DNA of 64,000 nt, from positions 3,264,001 to 3,328,000 of the forward strand of contig OY759599.1 in the NCBI GenBank assembly GCA_963662465.1, read 5' to 3'. Origin of the DNA: Desulfatiglandales bacterium (GTDB lineage: Bacteria; Desulfobacterota; DSM-4660; Desulfatiglandales; Desulfatiglandaceae). Positions 38,409-49,104 of this stretch are shown here, piece after piece. The notes under the pieces are model-generated. The model was given only the letters and a program-made list of their open reading frames with translations. It had not been told where the DNA came from and searched no databases. The translations under genes and the position numbers were made by a program. Position 1 is the first letter of the stretch; each line of letters begins with the position of its first letter.

Positions 38409-40414
38409 CGCATAAGTCTAAATGTTGTGGGGTTGTATAACCCATCAAAATTAAAAGGCGTTTTCGGTAAACAAGAATGCATTATGAACATTCATAACTT
38501 GAATCCAAGGTAAGTCAAATGTTTGGCCGTTGGCTAATTCAAAGGGACTTTTATGAGCATTTTTTGCGCCAGGTAAAAATGGGACAAAATTCCTGATAGT
38601 CGCATGTGCTCGAAAGAAAAGACTTGCCCATTTCTTATCTCGAAAACTCTCAATTTGTTTTAGTTTACGTTTGATTCCTTTTAAATAATTGTCAACAATG
38701 GAGGTTGTTTGTTTTATCCCATTTCTATTTTTATGAGAGGTATAATGAGTGGCATTTTCTTTTAATTCTACTACCCTCTTTTTTAGTAATGGATGAGAAA
38801 ATGCATCGTCATCTAATGCCTTAATCTTTACTTCCAAGTTAACTTTAGATGTGGATGTTTTCAAAACTTTCTTAAATTTTTTATAAAGCTTGTCCACTTC
38901 TTGGTCGGTACATTTTGATTCTTTTTGATATTTTGATAGTGCATCGTAGAAGTTTTTCAAACAATGACGATGGCAATATCCGACCCAAATGTTATGGAAT
39001 ACGGTCTTGATAGCATTGGTTGAGGCTTTCCACTTATCTTTTGTTACACCAAGGATTTTGAAGTCGATTTTTTGCAAAAAATCCTCAAATGAACCGCACA
39101 GGTTTTCTTCATCAACATGATCAACATAATCGGAGTGCCATACTAATAAATTTTCAGGATCGACCATAACTACAGAATAAGTTCTTAAATTTGGTTCTTT
39201 TTCAAAGCCCTCATCTTCCTGTAGATATCCTGAGCCTTTCACTCCTGCTCTTGTTAGTATTGTTGCAGGATGAAGTGTTCCTGCCCATCGATTCCAGTTC
39301 AAGATGGTTTGTTTGCTTTTGACACTTTTTTTGCCAATAATTTTAAGGCTTTCGATGGCTCCTTGAATGCTCGCATTAAAACGGTACATATTCCGAAATA
39401 CGTGCCCAATAATCTCTATACCAAAATTCTTTTCCCTTGGGAGAAAGCTGGGAACAAGAGAGAACTTTTGTTTGCACTTCCGGCATTGTATCATGCGGAT
39501 TGGGAATGTCTGTTGTTCTCCTCCATTCATTATTGTTTTTCGAGGATTCCCGCGGAAACCAGATAAAATATATTCTTTAGGTCCAGAACATGTTGAATTA
39601 TGGCCTGTGTGGTGATCATATTTATCGAGTTTATCTAATACTTCAATGCGAAACTTCTTACTATCTTTTACGAGAGCATGATAGCTTTCGGTGTTATTAT
39701 AAGGAAAGATATATGTTTGATTTCCTCGTTTAGAAACAAGGTCTTCCATTTTCTTTTTTACATTTTCGATTATGGATTTATCAAAAGATTTTAACATCCC
39801 TATCTCAAATGCAATACTTATTGTACTATCACGACTTTTTACATTATTCAATTTTTTAGTAATATTACTTATCATTGAACGAATTGAATAAAAGATTCTA
39901 ATTTTCTGTCGATCCCGTTGTGTTTTTGGAATGCTTTTTTTCCCTTTTATTGGCTTACAAATATCCCATAATTGACTTATTAACCTACCAAGTTCATCAA
40001 TAAGAGCAGACAATGTTACATAAAAATATTGCAATGATTGAAACATCTCCCTTTCATTGATCCATGATCTGATGGCATTAATGCATTTCTCAATTTCAAA
40101 GAAAATCTCAGGATACTGTTTTGGATCGTAATAACATTGTCTTGCAAGTCTGTTTTGAGCTTTGTCCAACATTGTCAAAGCTCTCTTAATATTATTAATC
40201 ATGTGCAACCTCTCTAATTTAACATAGACTGTTGCACTATGATTATGCACACTTATCAAAAAAAGTCCCTAACTTTTTTCCGCTAAGGCGAATTCAGGAA
40301 AAAATGTTTGGCCTCACGAAATGCGCTTTGATTAGGATATTGATTCGGAACCGTTTAACAGATGAAATAATTTCAATATGTTAGAGTAAACCCCACAACA
40401 TTTAGACTTATGCG
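38409..40414 (-). mobile_element. insertion sequence, 2006 bp, family unassigned
   Basis: Perfect 26-bp TIRs CGCATAAGTCTAAATGTTGTGGGGTT; 8-bp target duplication ATATCCAG (38401-38408, 40415-40422). Confidence 0.93.
38451..40259 (-). CDS. putative DDE transposase
   Basis: Sole long ORF between the TIRs; CRKC, QEDEGFEK, VTKDKW, YCHRH motifs. Confidence 0.8.
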   Translation of the reverse strand: MISVHNHSATVYVKLERLHMINNIKRALTMLDKAQNRLARQCYYDPKQYPEIFFEIEKCINAIRSWINEREMFQSLQYFYVTLSALIDELGRLISQLWDICKPIKGKKSIPKTQRDRQKIRIFYSIRSMISNITKKLNNVKSRDSTISIAFEIGMLKSFDKSIIENVKKKMEDLVSKRGNQTYIFPYNNTESYHALVKDSKKFRIEVLDKLDKYDHHTGHNSTCSGPKEYILSGFRGNPRKTIMNGGEQQTFPIRMIQCRKCKQKFSLVPSFLPREKNFGIEIIGHVFRNMYRFNASIQGAIESLKIIGKKSVKSKQTILNWNRWAGTLHPATILTRAGVKGSGYLQEDEGFEKEPNLRTYSVVMVDPENLLVWHSDYVDHVDEENLCGSFEDFLQKIDFKILGVTKDKWKASTNAIKTVFHNIWVGYCHRHCLKNFYDALSKYQKESKCTDQEVDKLYKKFKKVLKTSTSKVNLEVKIKALDDDAFSHPLLKKRVVELKENATHYTSHKNRNGIKQTTSIVDNYLKGIKRKLKQIESFRDKKWASLFFRAHATIRNFVPFLPGAKNAHKSPFELANGQTFDLPWIQVMNVHNAFLFTENAF

Positions 40415-41171
40415 ATATCCAGCTATATGGCGGAGCATTAATTATTGGAATTATGACTCTTGCCTCCTTAAGCAATTATTACCCTCAAAATTGGGCTGAC
40501 AAACCTCTTTATACCCTCTTCCTTTTATCAACAATCCCCACTTATATAACGAATATTTTTGAAATTACGGTGGCCAGCTTTCTCCTAAGCAAGCGTTTTA
40601 GAAATTCCTCAGCAGTAAATATTTTAAGGATTGTCTTCGTTTTTGCGTTCATTTTCTCAATAGTCGGTATATTCATCGATTTAGCGCATTGGAAAGAAAG
40701 CGTTCCCTTTGATATTTTGGGCCTACTATGGTCGGCTATCTGGTTATTTTATTTCACATTTTCAAAAAGAGTTGATTCAGTGTTTAGGAGAATTGATTGG
40801 GATTATTCATCATTTTCAACTCAAGACCAATTTACTGGTAAAATGGATCAGGTTAAATTTATATTGACACCTGAACAAGTAAAAAAATACCGAAAAAAAG
40901 CCACCTTATACATTGTCATAAGCATCATCGTACTAATTTTCGGTACTCTATTAATATCCCGGCTTGATCAGTCTCTCAAAGGGCTTCAAACGATAGCGGC
41001 AATAATTGTGATGGCTTGGGGTATGGGATGGTATTCAATCAGCAAGGGATACAGCAGGAGTCTGGGTTTATTGTTAGGTCTTTTAAGCTGGATAGGATTG
41101 ATCATTTTGTATTTTTTGGAAAACAAGAATAAACCTGTAACAACATAAAACTTTAACTTTAAGGGTGAGAT

Positions 41172-41654
41172 GTGATCGATAAACAAAGGGAGTACCAACT
41201 CAGGCTGATAGATAAATATAAAGAATCTATCAATGTTTATTGGGGTGCTCTTCTTACGATAAATGGGCTATTGCTTACATTCTTTTCTATAGATTCACTT
41301 TCTTCAAGCGAGCAATGGATAATATTGAATTACTTGCTTGTTGGGTCATGTGTTTTATCTCTATGGCTCCTTGTCTGGAATTTCAAAACAATCAAGAAAA
41401 ACTACCAACATCTTGGATCATATACCATTGATGATTTGCCAGATGTACCTGCGGATATTCTTGAGACGGCAAAAAATGAAGATGAGATGCGAGAATTAGT
41501 GTCCGAGCATACAGCAAAGTCGAGAAAAGACGATTTAAAAAAGGCTGTAAGACATCAGAAAAATATGATGATTAGAGAGAAAATTATTGAATGGCTGTTA
41601 ATAGCGGAAACATTATTAGTTGTGTCGATTATTTTGACAAGAAAATGCAGCTAA
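41172..41654 (+). CDS. cassette membrane protein
   Basis: Three hydrophobic segments; stop TAA lies within the attC inverse core GCTAAC. Confidence 0.75.
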   Translation: MIDKQREYQLRLIDKYKESINVYWGALLTINGLLLTFFSIDSLSSSEQWIILNYLLVGSCVLSLWLLVWNFKTIKKNYQHLGSYTIDDLPDVPADILETAKNEDEMRELVSEHTAKSRKDDLKKAVRHQKNMMIREKIIEWLLIAETLLVVSIILTRKCS

Positions 41655-41712
41655 CAACGGCACTGAGAACAACGCGCAAAAAAACGCACGCCTCGCATGC
41701 CGGGCGTTAGCT
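41649..41712 (+). repeat. attC site (short, 64 bp)
   Basis: AGCTAAC ... CGGCACTGAG / CTCGCATGCCG ... GTTAGCT. Confidence 0.8.
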
Positions 41713-41743
41713 ACCATGAATTACTTATCGTAGAAGGGAAGCA

Positions 41744-42073
41744 ATGGGTTCGTCAAAGCTAGAATTTATTATAGAAATGGCAATCATGTTAGCAATAATC
41801 TTTGTCATTTTCTTCTTGGACAAGCCACCACCTATTTTTCGTTTTATCGCTAGAGGCCTGGTTTCACTAATATGTTGGATCATAGCTTTCTATGCTACCT
41901 TTATTCATGAGGATTATAGTGATTGGGATTTTGAAATTTCTGATTATATTTGGCTTAACAAGATATTTGAATATACAGTAAAGTTTCTTTCGATGATTTT
42001 CTGGACTATTATCCTCTATCTTTTTGCAGTTTACGGCATTGGAGGACAAGGAGGTCCTTGGGAAAATGTATGA
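41744..42073 (+). CDS. cassette small membrane protein
   Basis: Three hydrophobic segments, immediately after attC. Confidence 0.7.
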   Translation: MGSSKLEFIIEMAIMLAIIFVIFFLDKPPPIFRFIARGLVSLICWIIAFYATFIHEDYSDWDFEISDYIWLNKIFEYTVKFLSMIFWTIILYLFAVYGIGGQGGPWENV

Positions 42074-42103
42074 TTCTCTCATGCTTTTATTATTTTAGGG
42101 ATC

Positions 42104-42292
42104 GGGGTCGCCCACAAAAATAGCTAAGAATTCCATTGGTTGAGTCATAAAACACAGTGTTTTTGACCCTTATAAGCGCCTTTTGGCCCCCAAAAACATG
42201 CTTTTAAGGAATCGTAGTAGTATCGAAGCAGTCAGGCGTACACTTGAGGCGTACCTGAGATGACAGGCGTAGTCCACTTTACGGGTTCATAA
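42104..42292 (+). repeat. ~185-bp non-coding repeat, copy 2
   Basis: Aligns with 32845-33029. Confidence 0.8.
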
Positions 42293-42348
42293 CACGATTT
42301 TTGGCGTGAAATGATAAGCCCGGCACTACGAAATCAACGCATTGGAAC

Positions 42349-42434
42349 CGCGAACCAAGCGCTGCACCAGACGCCTGATAATTGGGCGGTCCCAGCGGGG
42401 GCCGGAGGAGGCGCTGGTGAGCTTAACGTTCGAG
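42349..42434 (+). repeat. attC site (86-bp family)
   Basis: CGCGAAC ... GTTCGAG. Confidence 0.9.
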
Positions 42435-43399
42435 TTGCGACACGAAGTCGCTTTAAATATATGTTTTCACAGAAGAATCGTGGAAACCCGGTGTTCCTCC
42501 ACCGGCATCCTAGGGAGGCATGCTGCCGTTGCGCTGATGACGGGGTGTGAAGCCCTCCCGACAATGTACCGAGGACCTTTGAAGTTGGAAAGTCGGGACA
42601 GAAAGCGTGAGTGGACTGTTCCTCTGGAAGCCTCATCCGGATTAGGGCTGGGATTGACTGATATGGTCAGTATATTCAAACACCTGCAGTATCGTAAACA
42701 GCAACAAGCCAAAGAGGCCGATAGGCTTGGACCAAACGGTGTGCGGCCAGGTCGGGAGTCTCGAACGTACGCCCGGCGCGGATGTTGTGCCGCCGGTATA
42801 GGGGGTGGACCTAAGTCAGTTAACAGTATTTATTGCGGAACGTGGTAAGCTCGTAACATCGCCATAAAGTTTTGTGGCAAGCCAACCGTGAGGCAGGCCG
42901 CTGGTGTTGCGGGTGCAAAACGCCTTACCAAGCCAATGCCCTCCTGAATGGGTGGGATACGGAGTTATCTCCGGCCCGAAAGGGAGCTGAATTTTGGCGG
43001 GTGCTCATGCGTGAGATAATTTGAAGAACCTTCTGATGGGAGAATAGCAAATGAGGGGTCTTCGTGACTGGTACACTTCCACAACAAGCTCCAAACTGGC
43101 AACTCATTAACTGGGATGTCGTCAAGAGTAACGTGAAAAGGCTTCAAATGCGTATTGCGCAGGCGGTTAAGGCGCAAAGATGGAAAAAGTGAAGGCTCTA
43201 CAGTGGCTTCTCTCCCATTCCTTCTCTGCGAAGTTATTGGCAAAAAAGGCCAAGAATGTTCGCCTTGCTTAGCCAATAACAACCGCCGGACTCTTCTGAT
43301 GAGAAAGGGTCTTACTGAGGGCTTGAGCCGTATGCTGGGAAACTCGCGTCTACGGTTCTGAGGAGGGAAGGAGGCCGGATGGCCTCCGACCTATCCGGT
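42435..43399 (+). mobile_element. group II intron 2, ORF-less (internally deleted RT)
   Basis: 5' TTGCG; frameshifted RT N-terminal remnant NWQLINWDVVKSNVKRLQMRIAQAVK/KVKALQWLLSHSF (~43051-43250); domain V 43325-43358; domain VI ending CTATCCGGT. Confidence 0.88.
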
Positions 43400-43732
43400 C
43401 GGTGGGGCATCAGTAGCATCCTCAAAAGGAAAGGTGAAAGGCAGTATGTAACGGCAAGCAATTGGAACCACTATAGTTCTTCGCAAATGAAGTGAAACAA
43501 AGAATTCTTAGCAACCACATGATATTGAAATGAAATTGAAATAAAAACAAATCCAAAACTGGTGTCATTCCATTCGCGAGGCACTACAATAAGGAAGAAG
43601 AGTTATTTTGAAACTGCACTGTAAAAAGTCCGTTCGACCCTATAGCATTCTGCCGGATGGGCCAAATAAGGACTGAATCTGCAAAGGAAATATGACGTCA
43701 TTTACGTGGGAAGAAAATATGAACTTAGCGCG

Positions 43733-44077
43733 CTAACGCGCGGGCTTTCTACCTTGCGCATATTTCATTGTTTCTCGATTGCACTGAGGGCAACCGAGAA
43801 TGGGCATAAAGCCTTCCACATTCCTTCCTTCATATTCTGCTTTTGCAATCTCGACGTCTATTATCGCTTCATTTACCTTCATTTCATGCCGGCAATGGGA
43901 ACAACGGTAAGGATATTCCTCCGGAGGAGGGCCGAACGGGAAGTCCTCGCCTTCCACCCCCGCTGTCATTTTGTCCTGTAACCGTGCCGTACCTGTCGTT
44001 TTTGATGTTTTCATATTCGTCATATAAAACTCCATATTTTGGATGCCATATCTTCCATAGCACCATTTCATGGCCAC
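43733..44077 (-). CDS. small zinc-ribbon protein downstream of the IS91-like transposase
   Basis: CSHC and CPQC pairs; start uncertain, overlaps the transposase 3' end. Confidence 0.55.
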   Translation of the reverse strand: MAMKWCYGRYGIQNMEFYMTNMKTSKTTGTARLQDKMTAGVEGEDFPFGPPPEEYPYRCSHCRHEMKVNEAIIDVEIAKAEYEGRNVEGFMPILGCPQCNRETMKYAQGRKPAR

Positions 44078-45332
44078 AATAACGACACAAAAAAGGATCT
44101 TGAGAGCTGATCTCCTTATAACGTTCTCGATATCTTTTCGCTTTTACGACTTGATACGTTCCTTTAATCCCACGCCCCAAAGCCTTCATCCCTTTCCGTA
44201 TTACTTCCGACCATTTCTTAAAAGTTTTCGTAGCCTGTAGCCCATAATAACGAACCCGCTGGAACCCTTTGGGCATTATGTGTTGAACCATTCGACCGAT
44301 AAAAACATCCACTTCCACGGTTTCAACCTTCCTGGATTTTGTCATGTGATCATTGTACCAATAGGTAACATATTGGCCATCATAACTGATTATCCGTCTC
44401 AGAGCTATCGGAGGAGATGCAACATATTTCGCCAAATATCGCGCCAGACCCCCACATGTCTCAGGAACATTACCCTTGCTCACATTGGCTACCAAACCTT
44501 TAGGGTATTTTTTCCACAGCTCATCAATAAGTTTATCGACCGCACTGCTGTTAAAATGGGACTTGAGCATTCTGAATAGATGATACTGCCATTTCTTATG
44601 TATAATCTCATACTTGAAGAACCTTAAATCAAACCAACCGCACAGATCTTCATTTATCCCACCGCTTGTCATGATGATATGCAAATGCGGATTATAATGA
44701 CCGGATCGACCATGCGTTTGAACAACGACGATCGTTCCTATTTTCAGTTTCCGCCGAAGAACCGTTCCGACAACATCCTCCAAACATTCGTACCCGCATC
44801 TCATAAAAGCCGATAACAAACGTCCATCATTTCGAGCCTTATAAAAAACGATTCTCAGTTGCTCGGGAATTGTCAAAACAATGTGACGGTAATTCATGCC
44901 CCCATGAAGCACCCACGGTGAATTTGTTCTAACGCTAATCCATTGATTTGTTTGAATTGATGTGTCCTTCATAAGGTTTTGATATCAAAGGTTTACAAAT
45001 AGAACAAATTTGCCCTGATGAAGCACCCTACTCACTTGACTGACAAAATCGTCAACATATTTCTTGGCGCAGGATAAACAAAAACAGCTCTTGCAACTAA
45101 AACCTATCCGGCGAACATCACCACCGCAATAAACACACCGGTGCTCGCTATATCCGGCGCTTTCCTTGCCGCAACCAAGCATTTTCTGAACCGGATCTTC
45201 ATATTGCGAATTATCATACCCTGGATGATGCTCTTTGAATGATTCCCAATGATCAATAAAAATCGTCCGGAAAGTCTCCTTATCAATTTTTTGGTTTGAT
45301 GGCATATGCATAATGTGCTTTTTTTGACACAT
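43884..45332 (-). pseudogene. IS91-family transposase interrupted by a 104-bp MITE
   Basis: FSCKSCFCLSC, HIVLTIP, YNPHLH, YLAKY, RYYG; both ORF pieces are in the same frame. Confidence 0.88.
44914..45017. mobile_element. 104-bp MITE
   Basis: TIRs CACGGTGAATTTGTTCTA / CAGGGCAAATTTGTTCTA (15/18); 10-bp duplication ATGAAGCACC (44904-44913, 45018-45027). Confidence 0.85.
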
Positions 45333-45376
45333 TTAATGCCATCACTGCAACAACTATTTGATATGCCAAATCAAAA

Positions 45377-45649
45377 ATGGAAATTCCTATGCTTTTGAAT
45401 TACTTTGCAAGCCTTTCATTCTGGGATTGCTATAGAAAACTGCCGAGAGATATTCAAGAACTGGCAGATGAGAATTTCAAACTGCTAAAACGAAACCCGA
45501 GACATCCATCCTTACATTTAAAGAAGGTTGGCAGGTATTGGTCTGCAAGAGTCGGGAGGAGATATCGAACTGTGGCTGTTGAAGTTGAGGAGGGCTTGGT
45601 CTGGTTTTGGATTGGTATACATGCCGAATATGATAAGCTAATTCAGTAA
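45377..45649 (+). CDS. RelE/ParE-superfamily toxin-like protein, no adjacent antitoxin seen
   Basis: FW.CY..LP..IQ..A...F.LL..NP.HPSL..KKVG..WS.RV...YR...WFWIG.H.EYD pattern. Confidence 0.75.
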   Translation: MEIPMLLNYFASLSFWDCYRKLPRDIQELADENFKLLKRNPRHPSLHLKKVGRYWSARVGRRYRTVAVEVEEGLVWFWIGIHAEYDKLIQ

Positions 45650-45754
45650 TTACCTAACCAAACGCGTCACGAAAGAGCAAAATAAGGCGTTATCAATGTC
45701 GAACGGTGCTGAACTGTTTCCATAAAATTCCGTACACTTGAGACCTTCAGAAGC

Positions 45755-45840
45755 GGCGAACCAAACGCTGCACCAGACGCCTGATACTTCGGCGGTTTCG
45801 GCGGGGGCCGGAGGAGGCGCTGGTGACCTTAACGTTGTGC
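45755..45840 (+). repeat. attC site (86-bp family)
   Basis: GGCGAAC ... GTTGTGC. Confidence 0.9.
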
Positions 45841-45979
45841 GTGCGTTGCTCCGAGCGAATAAGGACTGCCGGTAAAGATAATACAATTGAAAAAGGGAAG
45901 CATGATATGAAACACAATTTACCCCCCCCCCCCCGAAAATCCAGATCGGGAAAAGGATGCGGAAACGCGCCTTGCCCGA

Positions 45980-46759
45980 ATGCTCAGAAAACGGATTCGG
46001 ATCAATGAAGCGGGGTTGCACGGTGCGGTTTTCAAGATCGCGGATAGCATTGAAGAACTGGCGGGGTCATATAGGCTGGTTCATGACGCCTATGTGCATA
46101 AGGGGTATATGGACCCGGCACCTTCAGGGATGCGGGTGACCGAATTCACATTGAGCCCGCGCACCACCACCTTTATCGGAAGGCAAAACGGCGACATCAT
46201 CTCCACCATATCCCTTTTCGAGGATTCCAAAGCAGGACTGGCCATGGATGGCATTTACCAGGAGGAGCTGGATAAATTGAGAGAACAGGGGCGTAAGATC
46301 GCTGAGGTGGGGAGCCTGGCTGCTTCACCCGCCAACTGGAACGGAAGGCCTGATGCCACGTTTCACATGTTTAAGATCATGCTCAATTACGCCATGGACT
46401 ATCTCAATCTGGACGATCTGGTGATTGCCGTCAATCCCAGCCAGAAGCATTTTTATGTTTGGGCGCTGCTTTTTGACGAGATCGGCGGGCTGAAATCCTA
46501 TGAATACGTCAAATCCAACCCGGCTGTGGCCATGCGGATGCCTCTGGAAAAGTGTCAATACCGATACCTTGAAGCATACCAAGACCAAACCCTTAATAAA
46601 AATCTTCACCACTTTCTGTTTAAAATACAAAGCCCCCTGGTCCAACTGCCCGATGAAAAGAAACCGCACAGGGTGATGACCCCGCAAACAGCGGAATGGT
46701 TTTGTAAACGCTATGGCGTTGGCCATGAGCCGGAAAAGGCGGTTCAAAATGAACCATAA
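45980..46759 (+). CDS. N-acyl amino acid synthase (FeeM-like GNAT); may start at 45907 across a C13 tract
   Basis: YRLVHDAY..KGY, TISL..DS..GL.MD, IAEVGSLA, DLVIAVNP...FY...LLF, PAVA motifs. Confidence 0.75.
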   Translation: MLRKRIRINEAGLHGAVFKIADSIEELAGSYRLVHDAYVHKGYMDPAPSGMRVTEFTLSPRTTTFIGRQNGDIISTISLFEDSKAGLAMDGIYQEELDKLREQGRKIAEVGSLAASPANWNGRPDATFHMFKIMLNYAMDYLNLDDLVIAVNPSQKHFYVWALLFDEIGGLKSYEYVKSNPAVAMRMPLEKCQYRYLEAYQDQTLNKNLHHFLFKIQSPLVQLPDEKKPHRVMTPQTAEWFCKRYGVGHEPEKAVQNEP

Positions 46760-48260
46760 CACCGTCCAGCTTTTCATGGACGTCCTAGGGACTTCAAATG
46801 TCGTGTTGGACCCCAAGCGGCTGTCTGAAGCCCTGCGCAACACCCTCGGCGTAAGCCGAGAGGTTCCGGGCATCCTGTACCCGTCTTCCGTGTCCCAGGT
46901 GGCAGAGATTGTTGCCATCGCCAATGAACACAAAATACCCCTTTATCCCATCAGCACCGGGCGTAACATGGGCTATGGAGACAAGGCCCCGGTTTTGGAC
47001 GGGAATGTCATTGTGGATTTGAGCAAGATGGATGGTATCCGTGATTTCGACCGGACCCTGGGTAATATCACCCTGGAACCCGGCGTCACCCAGACGGCGC
47101 TTCACGCCTTCCTTACGGAAAACAATGCCCCTTTCTGGATGGACGCGACCGGGTCCGGTTATGATTCCAGTATTGTGGGCAATGCGTTGGACGGCGGTTT
47201 CGGCCACACCCCCAAAGGGAACAAACGGGAGAGCATCTTTGATCTTGAAATCGTCTGCGGAAACGGAACAATACTCAAAACCGGCGACCTTCAAGGCTTC
47301 GGACCGGGCCTGAGGGGGCTCTTTGTTCAATCCAATTTCGGAATCGTCACATCCCTTAAAACCGAGCTGATGCCCATCCCCCAACGATACGAATCCTTTG
47401 TGCTCAAGGTGCCGGAAGACCGGCAGTTGGAGGCATTGATCGATACCGTTCGAATTCTCAGGCAAAACGGGGCACTCACGTCGCTGGTACACATCGCCAA
47501 CGCCACCCGCTCCCTTATGACCACCCATGACATACCCAAGGGGTACGGGAACCGGCTCGTAACCTGTGAGGATGCCATGCGGATCATGTCTTCGCCCATC
47601 CTGAAGGTCGGGTACTGGACGGCCATCGGAGGGCTTTATGGAGCCGTACGGGAAGTTGGCGCAAAAAAGAAGGTCTTGAAGGAAGCCGTCAACGGGATAG
47701 GGAAAATCGCTTTTTTCAGCGATGACAAAATCCGGAAAATAAGTCGGTTGAAGTTTCTGGGTCGGGGCATGGCCAAAAGCATTGATTCCCTGACCTATAT
47801 CCACGGCCTGGGAAAAGGCGTGCCCAACGACATGCAGGTGCGAAACATCAAATGGCGGGTGCAAAACCCCGAGGACATGGGGCTCCTGTTTTTTGCCCCC
47901 AATGTGCCGGCCGAAAGCAAAGCCGTCCGGGACATGGTCAGAACGGCCAAAAGCCTTTACCGAAAACACGGATTCGAGTTTGCCATCACCATCACCTATA
48001 TTCGGCCGGAACAGGTGGCGGGACTCATGAACATCGGATTTGATCAAAGAGACCATACCGAAAGAGCAAGGGCCTTTGAGCTTTACAACAGCCTGAAAGA
48101 GACTTTTTCCGGAAAAGGCATTCATCCCTACCGCCATCATGTCGCGGCCATGGCGGACATTCGGTACGAGCCAGGCAAACGCGAAATGCTGACGGCCCTG
48201 AAAAAAGCCTTTGATCCCAACAACATCATTGCGCCGGGAAGGTACGGTATAGAAAGCTGA
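46713..48260 (+). CDS. FAD-binding oxidoreductase (VAO/p-cresol methylhydroxylase family)
   Basis: PLYPISTGRNMGYG, LEPGVTQ, QSNFGIVT, PYR, DPNNIIAPGRYGI; real start probably the ATG overlapping the upstream gene end. Confidence 0.88.
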   Translation: MALAMSRKRRFKMNHNTVQLFMDVLGTSNVVLDPKRLSEALRNTLGVSREVPGILYPSSVSQVAEIVAIANEHKIPLYPISTGRNMGYGDKAPVLDGNVIVDLSKMDGIRDFDRTLGNITLEPGVTQTALHAFLTENNAPFWMDATGSGYDSSIVGNALDGGFGHTPKGNKRESIFDLEIVCGNGTILKTGDLQGFGPGLRGLFVQSNFGIVTSLKTELMPIPQRYESFVLKVPEDRQLEALIDTVRILRQNGALTSLVHIANATRSLMTTHDIPKGYGNRLVTCEDAMRIMSSPILKVGYWTAIGGLYGAVREVGAKKKVLKEAVNGIGKIAFFSDDKIRKISRLKFLGRGMAKSIDSLTYIHGLGKGVPNDMQVRNIKWRVQNPEDMGLLFFAPNVPAESKAVRDMVRTAKSLYRKHGFEFAITITYIRPEQVAGLMNIGFDQRDHTERARAFELYNSLKETFSGKGIHPYRHHVAAMADIRYEPGKREMLTALKKAFDPNNIIAPGRYGIES

Positions 48261-48293
48261 ACCGTAGGAGATGTTTTGCAGCGTTAACAGGAG

Positions 48294-49078
48294 ATGCTCT
48301 ATATGAAGAAGCTGTTTATGAAACTCCCCGACCCCATCAAGGGTCCCATCCTGCGTAAACGCGTGTGGATCGATGAAAGCAAACTGGACAGGACCACCTT
48401 CAAGATCGCGGATACCGTCGAGGAGCTGGAAAGTGCCTACCGCCTGGTGCATGATGTGTATGTGAAGGAGGGGTACATGGACCCCCACCCTTCCAAAATG
48501 CGCATCACAAAATACAACCTGCTTTCTAAATCCACCACGTTTGTGGGGAAGCACGACGGTCGCGTGGTACTCACCATGTCGCTGATTCCGGATTCGGAAC
48601 ACGGGCTCCCCATGGATTCCCTGTTCAAGAGCGAACTGGATCAAATGCGGAATCGGGGGCGATATATCGCCGAGGTGGGAAATCTGGCCAGTGATCCGAA
48701 TTTCAGAAACCGTAACCAGAATGTGCCCACAGGTATCTGAATATTCATGATCTGGTGATCGCCATCAACCCCAGACATAAATGGTTTTACAGGAATATTC
48801 TCATGTTCAAAAAGATTTCCGGGAAACGGAATTATGATTATGTCAAAGGAGCTCCGGCTGTAGCGATGACTTTGGATCTTGTAACTGCCGAGAATCGATA
48901 TAAACAGACTTATGGAAATTCTACAGGCTACCCCCCCCCCCCCCCGAAACCTTCATCATTTCTTTTTCATGGAAAAAAGCCTTTCAATCCATCTGCCCAG
49001 GGAAACAAAACCCCACATTACCATGAAACCGGAAATCGTCTCCCATTTCAAAAAACATATTTCACAAAACCGCTCGTG
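48294..49078 (+). pseudogene. second FeeM-like acyltransferase, disrupted (internal stop/frame break and C15 frameshift)
   Basis: Similar to 45980-46759 in three frame segments: ...IAEVGNLA; DLVIAINP...PAVAM; RNLHHFFF... Confidence 0.75.
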
Positions 49079-49104
49079 ACCCCGGCGGGCGCTGGAGAAT
49101 ACCA

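Larger units (their letters stand above)
38190..41148 (+). pseudogene. cassette membrane protein (DUF2569-like) interrupted by an IS
   Basis: Removing the IS and one target duplication joins ...IGDWLLYYYIQ to LYGGALIIGIMTLAS... in frame. Confidence 0.8.

Noticed and set aside
45653..45720. ACCTAACCAAACGC as an attC after the orphan toxin
   Set aside because: Only the first ~14 nt resemble the family; no complementary right arm found.
45841..45850. GTGCG 7 nt after an attC core (and GCGCGCCCG at 31392) as additional intron starts
   Set aside because: No domain I similarity or domain V/VI follows; could be chance or scars, not supportable.
46794..48644. Long antisense ORFs (616 aa here; also 12591-14048 and 19201-20133)
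   Set aside because: Shadows of well-supported genes on the opposite strand with no recognisable motifs.
48738..48740. TGA in the second FeeM-like gene as selenocysteine
   Set aside because: Homology resumes in a different frame with sequence missing, indicating a deletion rather than recoding.
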